Below are positions 39,401 to 61,649 of a stretch of 64,000 nt of DNA, piece after piece. Under the pieces are notes generated by a model. That model saw only the letters and a list, made by a program, of their open reading frames with translations, did not search any database and had not been told where the DNA came from. Origin of the DNA: Adineta vaga (taxonomy: Eukaryota > Animalia > Rotifera). The position numbers were made by a program, and so were the translations under genes. The stretch's first letter is position 1. The number at the start of each line of letters is the position of its first letter. The stretch covers positions 11,656,001 to 11,720,000 of the forward strand of contig CP075492.1 in NCBI GenBank assembly GCA_021613535.1. The letters are read 5' to 3'.

Positions 39401-42037
39401 TGGAATTTGCATTACAAAATTATAAACTTCCAAATAAACGGTAGGAATCAATTTCATATAAAGACATGTGAAATGTATTTTTCTTTTTTGATAATCAATA
39501 GACGATCCAAAAAAAATTGGAAAACTTCAGGTAATTGATTGTTTGATTGGTTTTTCTTGTCATTTTTTGATTGTTTTATTAGAATGGACATGGCAAGAAT
39601 ATGCAGATTTGGTTAAATGGTCAGAAGTAGGCATGTTCGATTATTTATGCATCGATTTATAGAGATTTTATAGACACCAATTCAAACACCTTTACTTCGA
39701 CATTCATCAAATGGTTCACTACGTATATCTCGACAATGTTTTCTTGCTATAATGCGTTTTATGGGTGATTATACTATGGTACGAGGTCAAACAAAGTTGA
39801 ATTGTGTATCTTATCTTCTCAAAGTATTCATTTTCAATATATCTTTCAATTAAATGAAGTTTTTCTTTTGCAATAGAATATGCATAAACATCGAATATTA
39901 ATCGATGAAGTTTTATGTCAAATACTCAAACAATTAATGGAAAATAAAAGTTTGGCAGTTAATAGTATTCAAAATGGTTGGATTTTATTACGAATTATAT
40001 TGAATTATTTCATTCCAAGTGATCATTTAAAGCCATATTTTATGAAATATCTTCATGATCATGAAAATCAAAATGAAAGATTAGGTAAAACATTCTATTC
40101 GCGTGAAATGAATTGATAATTTTCTTGTAGTACAACTATGTCGAAATCATTATGAACAAACGGTGAAATATAATGGAAGAAAAACGATCTTAAATAAAGA
40201 AGAATTTGATGTTTTAATAACTGTAAGAATGTTTGTGATTTTCTTCAAAATAACGATTTAATTAACTTTGTGTTTTAGACTGATCAAAATAGTGGAAAAT
40301 CGCAAACATTTTTATTACCAGGTGGAATTCCTCTAACAATTCTGACAACACCATCAATGGTAAAAAAAACAATTCAGTTTTGCCTTGTGTAGCTTTACGA
40401 TGCGTGTTTGTTTGACCTAAATAATTGAGACTGACATTCATTCCTATTAATCATATTAGAGACTCCGAGAAAAATAAATAAAGTATAAATTTAGCATTTC
40501 TTAATTAGCTTAATATAACTATAATTCAAAGATAGTGCTTCGAAGAGCGACAAGTTCATCACCATCTGATAATTGTTAAGAGCATTCATGTAATAGGATC
40601 AAGAAAATTGAGAAGATTTCATTCCGTAATACGAATTATAGTGTAAAATGCATCCTTTTGATTTCATGTCTTTCCAGGTAATTGCTAATTGTCTTAAACT
40701 TCTATGTGAACGTTTGAACATCTCAGATGAACTCGAAAGTACCGAATATTCGATATTTATTATCTCGACCTCAAGTATGATTGTTTTCTGTTCATGATTC
40801 CATCATGTTCAATCTTTCTTTCTTATTATAGAAAATATTTCTCGTCTATTGAATCCAACTGAATATCTTTTTGATATTCTCAATGAATGTTTTCGATCAA
40901 ATATCATCGATTTCCATTTGATTATTAAACGTATGCTTTGGATTACGATTCCATTTGTACTTAACAATGATCCACAATCTGAAATGTTTATTGATTTTAT
41001 GTATAATCAAGTGCTATCGGAATTGATTGAAGGAAAAATGATTATTTTATATAATAATCATCTTTCTGACGAACTTATGGTATTAAAAACTGAATCTTGT
41101 TAGTAATAACGTAATGAAATTTCTTTTGTTTAAATTCATTTTAGCAAGACATTTCATTAATGGCTGCATTGCAATATCGTGCTTCCGATAAAAGTGGTGT
41201 ACCATCTATGTATGTTCATTGATTTCTAACAAAGAAAAACTAACGATCCTTAATTCAATTGATTCTCGAAAATATTAGATTTGCTACTTTTTTTGTGATT
41301 AGGAGAGAAATTAAATATCTTCTTCCGACAACTGTATTAAAATGGAAGTCTATTCATCCACAGCAATGGACAACAACTGTACATGATAAACTCTATTCAT
41401 CTGTGGAATCTATGTCACCAATCGAAGCTAAAATTGCGTTTCTAAGTAAAACCAAGAAATCTTTTGTTTTTCTTGATCTGTTCTATTATATTGAATTTCA
41501 TCTAGATGTCCTACAAACATGGTCGTTATTTGGTGTGACATTATTTATCGCGCAGGTTAATCATCAGTTTTATTCAATAGAGTTTTTGAACGATTGTTTT
41601 CTTTTCCTATAGTCTGTCAATGATCCATTGATTCGATCACCTTGTTTCGTTGGTATTAATAAACATGGTCTATTATTTCTTGATTTAGATACTCGAGTAA
41701 GTGGATCGAAAATATCATTGAAAAAACAAGCTGTTCTTTTTTCATACAGGAAACTATGTTCACCATTCTTTACAATGATCTGATCTCTATTCGTCGTTAT
41801 CGAACTGTAATCGATATAAAATATGGAAATTTAGATCAATTACATGTTCTTCAATGTCGAATTGACAAAGTAGTATATAACTGTTGCCTTTGGAATATCA
41901 TTTATCTACTGTTTTATTAGGCTCAAGATCTTGTTGCATTAAGCGGACGTTATTTAAATTTTATCGGTCGAAATTTAACATCAGCATTAGAAAGTCATGC
42001 TCCACCAGTACAAACGCCGACAGATAATTCAATTTGA
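36420..42037 (+). CDS. Myosin-XV-type tail protein (Pro-rich, FERM-like, MyTH4, FERM) lacking a motor domain, multi-exon
   Basis: IRIGKIRWPPP, WKLKIRKEVFSP, WSLYFCRLFPI. MyTH4 motifs WTWQEYADLVKWS, FLAIMRFMGDY, IDEVLCQILKQL, GWILL. FERM motifs WSLFGVTLF, VGINKHGLLF. Confidence 0.75.
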
Positions 42038-44523
42038 TATTACATAGGAATTTCATTTCATTTTATTATTATGTAAATACACAAACACAAAAATATTAAC
42101 AAATTTGCATCGCATTTTCAAATTGAATTTTTTCGTTTAATTTTGATTAAAAAAAATCTTTTAGTCTTAGATGATAGTGTGCGTATAATTTTTTCGGTAA
42201 AAATAAACATCATAATAAATGTTATCTGACGAGGAGTGACGTAAGAAATGCATAGTGCACTTTTACCTTAAATTTTAATTAATAGATTATTCGAGACTAA
42301 ACCACTACGTCTATCTGTGATGGAATCTTTTTTGTCTAATTCATGTGACAGACGAATAAATAGATGTAAATAACTTTCATCGATTAAGTAGTTATTCGAA
42401 GAAATAGACTAATCATATTCGGAGTAGATATAATTGAATAGATTATACTTGATAGAATTTCAGTTATTGCAAGCGAGGCATATCGACCTTTTACAAAGAC
42501 TTTAAGTTGTATATTAACAGAAGTCAATTGTATGCACATAACTTATTGTCAATAGCTGTTCATATGAGAGAAAACTGAATATCACGACAAAATAGTCTTC
42601 GTATCGTTTGATAAATACTTCTACCATTATGACTGTCGATCACATGATAAAAGGTCAACGAAAGTCGAAAAATAGATCTAGGCAAGAAAAAATATCTTTA
42701 TATATAAACATATTACTACTGATAGATTAGAATATTTGTGCTCAATAGAATGTAGCTAATCAAGTTTCGTGGCTATATCATAATTCTCAATGTTCAAGAA
42801 AACATGTGCACTGAAAGTACGAGAGAAAAACATCCTTTTTATTTATTAGATTTATTCGTAGTGCACTATGAAAAGTATAGAGTACATATTTCGATTATAG
42901 TGGAAGAATACCTATGTGACAAAGCCGTTAATCCAGAAGTCGGATTTCATTGATATTAATCCCACCCAATTCAAACTGATATTTTATGCTAAGAGATTAT
43001 ATTATTGAAGATCGAATGAATCAAACTACAACTTCAATAGAGCAATTGTTATAGCATTATGCATGTAACACTGACTTCGAAGATAGTAGTAAGAAACCAA
43101 TTATTTACGAGAAACTACATGCATCTACAGAACATTTCTAATCATTCACACAGAAATCGTTCACTGAATATTCTATATATAGAGCACTCTTTTCTTTACA
43201 TTGTTGTATTTTGATCTACTCAAAATAAAAAGAATATATAATCAAGAATTAAATTACCACATGTCTAGATATAAGATCCAGCTCATGTCATAATTAAATA
43301 GTTCATCATAGCATCTTCTATTTTCCGTATTCTAATAAAAACTAATTTTACTAATCCATTGAATAAGATCATAAGAAAATGAAACAGTTATTTTATACTG
43401 TATGTATCGAATAAAAAATATCTGAAGTGCTTGACTGTCCATTAAATATATGTTTGTAACAACAGATGATTTCCAATCAATTCTTAAATATCATCTTCGT
43501 CAATATAGTATAGATTATGAGATGTCGAGTTAGGTCAAGATAACAGATACAAATATATCTTAATCACGTTGTACAATTATCTCAGCGGATTATCATATAT
43601 TTTGAATTGATAGTTAAGTAGGAAGAGCAAACAACTGATTTGAATTGTGATGAATGTGTTGAAGCGAAAAGCAAAAAGACGAGAGGCGAGAAGAAGAAGA
43701 GAAAAAAGAAGAAGAAGAAGAAGTTCTCGGCAAGTGAAAAGCAGTGCAGCGACTAATGAAAAAATTATTCCGGAAAAAAACATATCGAACAATTTACTGC
43801 CTCCAGACGTTCTATAATTATATGTTGGATAAATATTAGCAAAGTATGTGACAATTTCATCAGAAAACACCTAATCCCCACTCTCAACAAGTAACTTTTA
43901 ATTAGAAAGCTGTTGATCAAAATAGTGTATAAATTCTTCAGATAAATAACATTTTTTTATCTAACTAATAGAAGATCATATAAAAAGCGTATTTTGCTTT
44001 CAACTCGAATAGCAGAATAGTGTCCATAAGGCAGCGTGTTATAACTTGATTCGAAAAATATTCTAAAGCACCTTTCGAACTTTGCCTCGTGTTTTCATAT
44101 GCGTCTTTCACTTTGAAATAACGTACTAGAATGTCTCATCCAAAATACATATACCACACGCGAGATATACAGTTTTCAACAGACAGAAAATAAAATTCAT
44201 CTTAGAGAAAATACAGAATCATTAATTTCTTTCGTTTATCTATTAGTCTTGTTTTATTGCAGACGTACCTGTTTCTATTTGCACTACATTATTACTTCAT
44301 CTGGTCATGCTGATTTATATCAGAGTAAGCTGTTCCTAAGTCATGGAGTCAATTATTAACATGACATTTTTCATTACCTTATTCTCACAGTTATTTCCTT
44401 CCCTACTATCTGGCACTAGCTAGCTTAAAAAAATCCTCATTAATATATCCCTTCTAGTTCCATACAGCCCACGATATAGGTTCGTGAAATAGAATCCGAT
44501 TTCTTTACTTATCTTTTTTTAGA

Positions 44524-45915
44524 ATGTTATATTGTGGAACAATCAATCGAACAGATGTTCAATTTGACTATATACAAAAGATTTATTTGGAAAAAAGTTG
44601 GGCCTGGTGGGCTAATCATATCGGTAAACTATTTATTCATAGAAATATAAACATAAAAAGCTATCAATCTCTTTTTCTTAGGCACATTTATTGTGTTTAT
44701 TATTGGTTTTCTGGGAAATATGTTATGTCTTGTATTTCTATGTCGTCGACGTAAGTTTATATATGGAATTTTAATATCGATATCTATTTTCTCTAATGTT
44801 TAGCTTTCATAAGAAATTCTTACACGCAATATTTAATTGCATTAGCTGTTGTAGATACAGGAGCGATTTCTTCGGAAAGTAAGCAAAACCAATTGGCAAT
44901 CAACTATGAAAGATAAACATATTTTCTATTCTAGCTATAGCTGCATTTGATGAGTTTTATCATTATCAAAATAGTGAAAAACAAACATTTATTCAACATA
45001 CTGTTTTATCTTGTAAATTATATTATTATGTACGATTTATTCTTTATTCTATGAGTTCTTGGTACGTCATTTTTTTTTTCATATGAAAAAAAAAAGAAGA
45101 ACCAATTTCATTTTCGATTTAGGATTGTTGTTGTCTTAGCAGTTGAACGATTAATTGCTATTAAATATCCTCTATGGTCAAAATATATATGTAGCGTTAC
45201 CAATGCTCGTCGAATTATCTGTCTGATGTTTTTATTTACAATGATTATGCAATCTTATCATTTGATTACTAAAGGTCTTGATTGTTCTTCACCAATAGAA
45301 CGTACAAATGTTTGCCGTTGTAAAGCTCTACCAAAATATGCTCGAATCGATACTATTTTTACAATGTATATCTGGCGTTTATTTTTAATGACATTAATTC
45401 CAATTAGCATCATTATCACTGTTAATATTTTAATAATGAATAAATTATTTCATAAAAATTCATTTATTGATTGTAGAAATCGACCTGACAATGTACGACG
45501 TAAAGTAGTCTTACGTTATCGAGTATCTCGAATGTTAGTGATTGTTTCAACGATTTATCTTCTTCTACATGTACCTGGTTCAATATTAGATGTTATCAAA
45601 TTAATTTTCGTACAAGCTTTAAGATTATGTGATATTAAATCGCAATATTATATTCATATTGCACAAGATATATTCGATTTATTAACAAATTGTAATTATG
45701 GAATTAATTTTTATTTATATATTATTAGTAGTAAACATATACGAAATGCATTATTACATAAACAAGGTATCTTTCATTTTCCACCATTTAAATATCGAAG
45801 TAGTTTTCAACGATCACAATATTTTCTTTCATCTTATGTTTATTCATCAAGACGAAGTCGATTCAATGATTTAAATAAAAATCTTGCTCGTTGTGACACA
45901 ATTTCGTCAGTATGA
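44524..45915 (+). CDS. Class A (rhodopsin-like) peptide-type GPCR, multi-exon
   Basis: TM1 FIIGFLGNMLC, TM2 YLIALAVVD, TM3 SSWIVVVLAVERLIAIKYPL, TM6 YLLLHVP, TM7 NYGINFYLY. Confidence 0.8.
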
Positions 45916-46804
45916 AATAATCATGAAGTTCATTCTGACAAGTTGTATATACATATGTATAAATGTTAATCAATATGTCAATCTATGACATTTCTATGTT
46001 GTTATAAAAAATTGATAAACTTTGTTAATATTGTCTTTTTAACTGGAATTGTTTTTTCGTTGAACAAAAAATAACTAAATAAATTGGCAAAACATATGTT
46101 GTGATAATCAGAGTGTAATCTTTGGTTTTCGACAGTAGGCGTCTTTGTACTGCTATGCCTCAATCACAAATAGATTTGAATGACAATCACTCTAGGGATG
46201 AAAAGAACTTTTGTCAGTTACTAAAATAGTATTTATCACATGAAACGAACGTTAATTATAAGAAGTCATACTGAATCTGAGTAAAAATGAAAGTGTAAAA
46301 AGAACTATTGCATTATCAGAGCAATTAGTGCATGTAGAAAGTGCAAGCAATTTCAACTGCATGATAGAATTCAGACAATAAATCGACATAGAATTCGTAT
46401 TAATTGAACTAGATTTCAAAATAGAAAATAAGTCTATCTACATTTATCACAAAGTACATTACGGATTATATTAAAAAAAGGTCTTGACAATTTTCATCAT
46501 TTAACATGTCATATGCTTCAATTGTTTTCTCGAAGAAAATGTAAAATAATTTTTTTTCTTTCTTTGCACTTCATTTTGAAATGTCGAAAATATGAATTAA
46601 CACTTGACGAGTGATGTTTCTACTTAATGATGAATTAACATAATCACGAAATTATATTCTTTTGATGACAAAACAAGGTGTCCAATTAATTTTCGTACAG
46701 AAAAATTACATGTTGTGTTGACATGAAATAACATATGCACTGTATTCTAAGAACAATTATGAGCAAAAACATCAAAAGCAAGGAAAAAGAAATAATTATG
46801 TAAT

Positions 46805-47864
46805 TCATTTAGCGTCAAAAATATTCTGCTGATTATCTGATGGCAATGTTTGAACTATTGCTGGAACATTAGGCATCACTCGATTGTTATTTTGTTGATT
46901 CCTATATATATGCCATCGATTAATGCATATGTTAAAAATAACATGCATAAGTTGTTTACGAAAACGTTCAGATACACAACAATAAATATAAAATCCGGCC
47001 TAAAATTCAAAAAAAATTTAATGATTATTCAAGTTTGCATATCTGATTACTTACATTTAACATGGAATATTCTATTAAGATTGTAATTGTAACCACAAGT
47101 CCATTAGAAACACGTTCAAACGGATCTATTGTATATATATTTAATGAATAAATATAAAAACTAGTAAACGGAATTACAGCAATAATAATATAGATAACAT
47201 AAACTAATACCATTGCTGTTAATTGTCGATCTCGACTTAAACGTACGATATTCATCTGTTGTCGGGTTAATGTTCGAGCTCGATGAAAAGCTAACAATGC
47301 AAATACAATCATGATACAAAGTGGCAAGCATCCATAAAGAATTGGTAAAGTAAAATGAGTAAAATAGATTGAAAAGATGGGATTAATCACTGTACATATT
47401 CCAGAAGATACATCCCAATAAATCAGAATAAATATCGTATGTATGAACCAAAATAGACATCCAATCAAGATGAAACGTTTAGCTAAATATAAACTACTTA
47501 AATGTCGATATTTACTCATAGCTAAAAATTGATCTATTGTTGCTAAAGATATACTAGTAAACCAAACCACTAAACACCAATTTGACAAAGAAAAATATAT
47601 TTTACAAAACCATGAATTAGTTCGAGGATCCAAAGAAAATCCATCGGATAAAATTCTTATGAATAATGCTGTTAATAATTGTCCCATACCAACAATCGAA
47701 GCAAATGTTAGATAAAATGCACAAGTTGTTTCTCGAAATGTTTTCAATGATGTAAATATAATCACATTGAGAATTCCACCAATAAGTCCAGTAATTAAAA
47801 TGAAAAAACCGAAATAAATTGTTATTTGTTTGATTGCAAATCGTAATGTAAGAACAGTAGACAT
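46805..47864 (-). CDS. Class A-like orphan GPCR (lineage-expanded type), 2 exons
   Basis: GLIGGILNVIIF, FCKIYF, SLATIDQF, RDRQLTAMVLV. Spliced last exon AGFYIYCCVSERFRKQL...FDAK*. Confidence 0.8.
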
Positions 47865-48287
47865 GGTAAAGGTGCGTCTTTACTCGTTAAAAGTCACTAA
47901 TGTTTTGGATGTATAGCTATATATATATTAATGTTCATAGGTATAATGAGCACAGAAAGAAAGATAATTAAGAGTCACGAGACATTCAATTATAGTAATG
48001 CTGATAATACAGGCATACTTAATGAGATTGATAAGTCAAATTATATTTATCAATAGAGCACTATTAAATTATAGAAAATCTTTTTCCTTGATGTTAACAT
48101 TCAGAAACAGAAGTTTTCTTTTATCCTTCAAAACAATATTCTACGTTGAACAAAGATGATTTATCAATTTTTATTTCCAAGAGAAAACGAACAGTTAACA
48201 ATAATTGAATAGAACCAATATTTTGATATTATAAAAAAAAATAAATTCCATCGAACAAAGAGATTACTAAAATAATCAATTTAGTAT

Positions 48288-50537
48288 TCATTTTCGTTTT
48301 TTATTTATTCGAAGAAGTGATAGGAAAGTTTTAAACGACTTCTTCTTTTCTGTTGTTGTTGATGACGATGATGATGATGATGGATAACATAATTCATTGG
48401 TAGTAATCTCCTCTGTTATTTCATTTGTTGATGCTTGAGGTAATTGAACGGGTAATGTTTCAAATGCTGATTTATAACAAAACGATGTTGTTTTATTATT
48501 TCGATTCTCAAATGAAGAAATCTCCGGAAAACGATCAATCATACATAACATAGTCGATTGATCATTTTTTCCATTGGTATGAACAGGTAAGCACGATAGA
48601 TTATGATTTAATGTCCAATGAACTTCACGACAATATTGACTACAATATGACATCGTATGACAATGAGGACAATCTTCAAATTGAATTTGCTAAAAGAAAA
48701 AAAAAGAGATATATAAGGATTAGAATTTTTATTTATGAATATATTTTACATCATTTTCAATCATATGACATAGAGAATTTGAACATTTTCGATCTTGTTG
48801 ATTACGTAGTTGTTCTTTAATAGGAGATTGAGGATGATATCTTCGTTTTTTTCGTTCATGTCGATCAAACATAATAGTAACAACTTGATCAAGTGCACAC
48901 GAAATCGATGGATCACGTCGAATAAATTCACTTCGATGACCATATTTTTGTTTCATGACATTAATTAATTCTCGAAAATGTTCATTTTCACGATAGAATC
49001 GTCCAATTTCTTTTCGACATCGAACAACATTTAAAAATGTTAATATACCAGAACTTAATGAATGAACAGCACCGTGCTGTTCAGCATAGATTATATGATT
49101 TATCTTTATTCCTCGTGAACGATGCTGCTGCTGTTGATGATGTTTATCCTCATCTTCCAAAACAGATTTATACAAAAGTGTACAACAGTAATTCACTAGA
49201 CGTATTTGAGCCTCTAGAAAAAATCATAGTTGATTACACATGCATATTTGTATGTATATTTAATAAATAGTTTTTTTTTCTGGAAGGGAAAAGGAAATTT
49301 ATAAAGTAAATAATCCGCTTTTCTACTTTTCTATTAGAAAGTCATGCCGCTATATAATCTTAGTAACTAAAGTGTCTCGCATAACTAACAAGTAGATTCT
49401 TAATCAAAGAATAATGAATTCGTACGTAAGAATATAATCTTAATCTCTCTTAAATTAACGACTTACTTTCCGACCACATGTCTACATGTTCTGCACATTG
49501 TAATATTAAATGAATACATTGAAGTGCAAATGATTCGAATTTAATAAAATAAACAATCGATTCATTGGTTTTATATTCATCATTTTCAAATAAATCCAAT
49601 AAGATATCAATGAATTGCATATCAATTAAATGTTGATAACAAGCAAGAAGATTCTTTTCAACAATAACTTTACATAAACGTAAAAGAACAGATAAAGATG
49701 GAATCTTCTCTTCGATAAGATGTCCATCACGAATGCCTTGAATTAATTGAATAAGAAATGTCGAATAATGATCAAGAATTAGACGAGCAGTTTCAGGTAT
49801 AGTACAAACATTGGTTAATAAATCAAGACATTTTTGTTTGACACATCGAAGACGTGGATCCTCAAAAGAAAAAAGAATGATTAATCTTATTTTTATTGAA
49901 AATATAACAAAAAGAAATAACAATTTACTTTGTACATAAGAAAAACAATATCGATTGCACCTGATTTGCGAACATCATTGACTAGTAGTTGAAAAATTGT
50001 AAAATAATCAATTGATCATGAAATCGTCGTGCTGGTTGACCTAATTGTAAATCACGAAATGTATAATTGGATTGTTCTGCTCGAGCTAAGCCGAAAAGTA
50101 ATTGTGATAAATTGAATAAAGCTTCAAGTTGACGCGTTGCTAAATATGAATATTATTTTTTCCTATTAGAAAAGCAAATCTTCGTCAATCAATTTATACA
50201 TACCGATTTCAGTGAGAGGAAGTGCAGTTGAATTTTCTGTTCTAATATTCCAAGGTGATATTACTTTTGTTGGTTTGATATTCTACATTAAAATCATAAA
50301 AAATTTGATTGAAATTCTAATGCATTATCTTACTCGAATAGTAAGTACATCGAGAAGTAAATCACTATCGAACGTATTTAGATCTGGATAAGAATACCAG
50401 CCATCAGCAAATTGAATAATATCCATACTATCGATATCATTTGTCATCGCTGTACAATCATTGGTATAGAAATCAGGAAGTGTACCATTTTGATCAAGTG
50501 CAGTTAATACTGATCGATTTGCAGTTATACACCGCAT
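48288..50537 (-). CDS. ARM-like repeat protein with C-terminal MYND zinc finger, multi-exon
   Basis: CSNSLC...CPHCHTMSYCSQYCREVHWTLNHNLSC matches MYND. Helical ARM-like middle exons. ATG at 50537. Confidence 0.7.
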
Positions 50538-53041
50538 TGAGTAATTCTTTTCTGTATTTTTTCCTTCTATATCAAGTTTCAAAACTTAAAACTAATTATT
50601 ATTGTAGATAGATTAATTTGTACATATACAGTACAGAACAGAAAACAGATGCTTTATGTACATTTCTTTTCGTTCATAATTCAATTGTTGGTTGAATATT
50701 AATTGCCATTCATTCGTTCAATATGCACAGAGGTCACTACTATCTAGTAGCTAGATAATACATCTTTTCCTTTTATTTACTCAACTAAATACAATACATT
50801 TCTGACAATTGTTTGCATAGCAAAGCTCGCAATCATTGATGCATACCGATTTTATTGTTCTGAGAAACTGATTCTTTTGTGTTATGTTTAGCTTTTGACG
50901 GTTTGGTTTGTTGTCATTGACAAAAAGAAAGAAAATGATTGATGCGTATTTCCTTCTTTCTTCTTCTTCGTCTTCTTCTTAGTCGTTAATTGCCAACGCG
51001 TCATTCGCATGCAATCAGCACTGATGCTTTGTTGAACAATGGAATAGATGAATATCATATGGAAAGAAAAAAGAAAAGAACTATATCTCTCAAGAACTTC
51101 AATAGACAAAAAAAAGAAAGAAAGACTCGTTACTCAATTGTTTTTCAATTATTTATAGTTTAATTGAACGAAGTAAAGTCTCTCTTTCTCTCGATGTAGA
51201 AATTGGATTGCTAATTTGTTAAAAAAAAGAAAAGAAAAGAAAAAGAAAGAATTATAGACAATGATTTATTTTCTGCTTGATTCAACTTATTAAGATATAA
51301 CAGTATTCTATTTTGGTTCGGATTAATATTTTATAGAGTGGATACAGGAAGGAAGATGAGAAAACGATGAAGAGCTCAACATGAGCTTTACATTGACTAA
51401 GAACAGCGAGATAAATTATGTTCTACTATCTTACTGTTTTCCTTTCTTTTCCCTAGCTATCCATTTTGTGGATCTGTATCTTAGCTAGACTAGAGGAAAC
51501 ATATAGATTTTCTTCTTTGTTTCTTTCATTCTTCTTCAGTCGACATCAGTTAGTTCTCTGAGTACTATTATTCAGATACAATCTGTGTCGTTTCTCTTCT
51601 TTTCTTGCTATGTTCTTTCATTGCGCTCTCGTCATCTAATTGCCATCACCACTCGTCATATAGAACGAAGCTGGTTGGTCTTATTATATTTTTTGAGTTG
51701 CATGCGCTTGCGAAGCGCGTTCTGGCGCATGTTCACATGTATTCCTTATGCTTAGTTATCCTTTTTCTTCATCAATAAACAATCTAGACGCGGAGAAATC
51801 TAATGAAAGAAAGATAGTTATTTTTGGGATGTGCTTATGTAGATTGTTCATCAGTAACTTTCGCTTTCTTCTTCTCGTACTTCTTTCAATCAAGTTATAT
51901 ACGTTCCAGACAGAGAAAAGAAACAAACTAGTTATACGAAGAAAATTAACACTCTTTCTTGTTTTCTTCTCTTTTTCTTCTTCATTTCTCGTTTGCTATT
52001 ATCTTTTCTTGGATATATATATATATATATATCTATGTGTTTATTAATTATTTGTCTGAAACAACAAGCCGCTAGTCGTTGTTATTACTAGAGAATTTTT
52101 AGCCTCTATTACATATAGCTCGTCTCTATGAATAATAATCAACAACAAGAAAAGAAAGAAAAATCTATCAATAGATAATATGATGAATTAAAGTAAGAGT
52201 AGAAGAACTTGTGTAATTCTATCAGAATTGATTCATTTGTTCTTATGAACAAAAAAGAAAGGTAATAAGATCTGACATGCAAACATGATAGACACGACAA
52301 ATGAATATATGTGTGTATAATACAAATGGATCTTTTTCTTTTTGTATGTGTATGTGTGTATAGATGTGTTGTTATTGATCTTTATTATTGATGAGCTTAT
52401 TATGTTAACCTTTTTTTTTTATATGTTATTAATAAGCAAAATACGAAGTGCAGCATATTGAGAGAAGTTACTTCCTGTTGTCAGCAACATGAAGATTCAA
52501 TTTCAAATTTTCCCTTGTGTTCTAACTAAACATCAGTCTTTCTGATGTTATGTCCCAGAAGATTGAACGAACAGGAAATAGAGAATAGAAGGAGAAGATC
52601 GTGAAAAAAGGGGGAAAAGAGTCAATTGACGAATGAGACTAAAATTATCTAATGCACATTGCATTTTTCTTGTTTGCAAAGACGCAAATAAAAAGAAAAA
52701 CCGAAGAGAAGAAGAGAAAAAGAAACGAGAACGCAGAAAACGATGTCATCCTTATCATTTCTAGTTGTCAAAAAAGACGACAACGACAACATGTGCTACT
52801 TGACTCAAGAGAGATGCTTGCCTATTTTATATCCTTGTTACGCTCGACGGAATGATAAACAATAGACAGAGAAAGATGCTAAAATCAAAATATTCTCTTC
52901 TATTGTCCATATGACATCGTATGTAATTCGTTTTCTTGTCATTCTCTTTGCTTTGTATATCTTACTAATCATCAGTCGGTCGAGGTTTTCTTTTTCTTGT
53001 AGACAAATAACACATATATATATAAATAAGAGAGAAATAGA

Positions 53042-60183
<7,142 letters not shown>

Positions 60184-61627
60184 ACATGAAATAGAATCAT
60201 TCGAGAATATTCTGGTGCTTATCCTGTATTATTCTTTTTTGTTGTTGTTATTGTTGTATCATTGTGTTCTTTATTTATTTAATACACATCTATTCTATTT
60301 TTTATAAACAAGTAAAAAACCAGAAGAGATATATATTACAATATTTCGAATAAATTAGTAGATTTCCGTATTGCAAATCTACTAGAGATTGTAATAGAAT
60401 TAGAATGTGTTACTACATTTCAATGATACAAAACTGGCATCGTATTGTATTGTTCGTAAATGAGAATTTGTTTCTTTACTATGTGGTGACTAAGAAAATG
60501 ATTAGAAAAATTATTCTTATCTTTTATTTTATCTAAAAGAGTTAAATACATTAACAAGTGATATAAAATTTCTTTTAACGTTCAACATTATTGAACTTTG
60601 TGATAGTGGAATATATCAACTTGAAATAGATAAACGCAACATGTTCTTTTTCCTTTTTATACGCTCATCTTTTGTGAGTATCGAAATTTTGTTTTTTTCC
60701 TTTTCTGAAACAAAGGGTTATAGCGTCATAAATACAGTCGTTAAAATGCTAAAAGTTTGTTTGCTTAAAACAACCAGATTGCAGCATTTTATAAATCATG
60801 AAAGGATCGAGGAACTCGAATCTGATGTTAGTTTTGGGTGAATCATTATATGTAACCTATTTTGATCCTTCTCTCTCAAGAAACGCAATGCTTCACCGAT
60901 GTTTATTCAAATTCCATCAAAAGTTATCGATAATAATGAATTTGAAATTGATGCCAGTTCTGTCTAATCGATTTCACCTGGGTCTCTTGCCTTTCTCTTC
61001 AAAAGTGATAGAAATTAATAAACTGAATGGTGTTCGTGGTTGTATGTGCCATTGGCGAACCATTTACGAATACTGAGTAAAAGATTCAGTAATAACTTCA
61101 TAAAAAACTGCAGTTCAATTAATCGGCAAAATAGATACGCGACTTATATCAGCTTTGTTTAAATATTTGTGCGTCGTGGACTAATAGCATATGTTACATT
61201 TGTAATGTTGTCAGCAAGAGCAGTATAAACTTACAAAATATGACGAAATCACCGTTTTCTGAGATAGATAGATAAATAAATATACTATCAGAATGATTAT
61301 GATTCAATATGTATTCATTATCGACTTTCACTATTATACTAACGAATAGCACTTGCAAACAAACTACAGACCAGATGATTCTTAGAGATCTACTATAAAT
61401 ATAGATTTTATTTCCGTTTAAAAAGAATTAAAGAATATAATCTACACTCTCTATTTTAAATCGAAATAATTAAATTTTAACGGCACCTAGAGTAAATCGA
61501 ATATATTTTTTTCATTGTCGCTAGTATCGATCAAAATATTTCTATTGGATTAATAAGAATGAATGAAGAATATATTTTTACAATATTTATTTGTTCATTT
61601 TTCTTACCCAAGTCTTCCAATACTATA

Positions 61628-61649
61628 ATATATATATATATATATATAT
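61628..61649. repeat. (TA)n microsatellite
   Basis: Run of about 11 TA units in the NALCN-ARGLU1 intergenic region. Confidence 0.85.

Noticed and set aside
40360-40677. Long intron in the MyTH4-FERM gene as a snoRNA host
   Set aside because: No convincing C/D pair with a terminal stem and no H/ACA layout was found.
42100-44500. Long gene-free stretch and ORF 43577-43870
   Set aside because: The ORF arises from a GAA-rich low-complexity tract. The region looks like GPCR upstream or UTR sequence, with no repeat or RNA structure identified.
50888-52855. Small ORFs in the MYND-NALCN intergenic region
   Set aside because: Low-complexity A/T-tract translations with no splice support or motifs.
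60640-61200. Short overlapping ORFs with slightly coding-like composition between NALCN and ARGLU1
   Set aside because: Multiple stops, no coherent splice structure and no recognisable motif. It may be a decayed fragment, but that cannot be supported.
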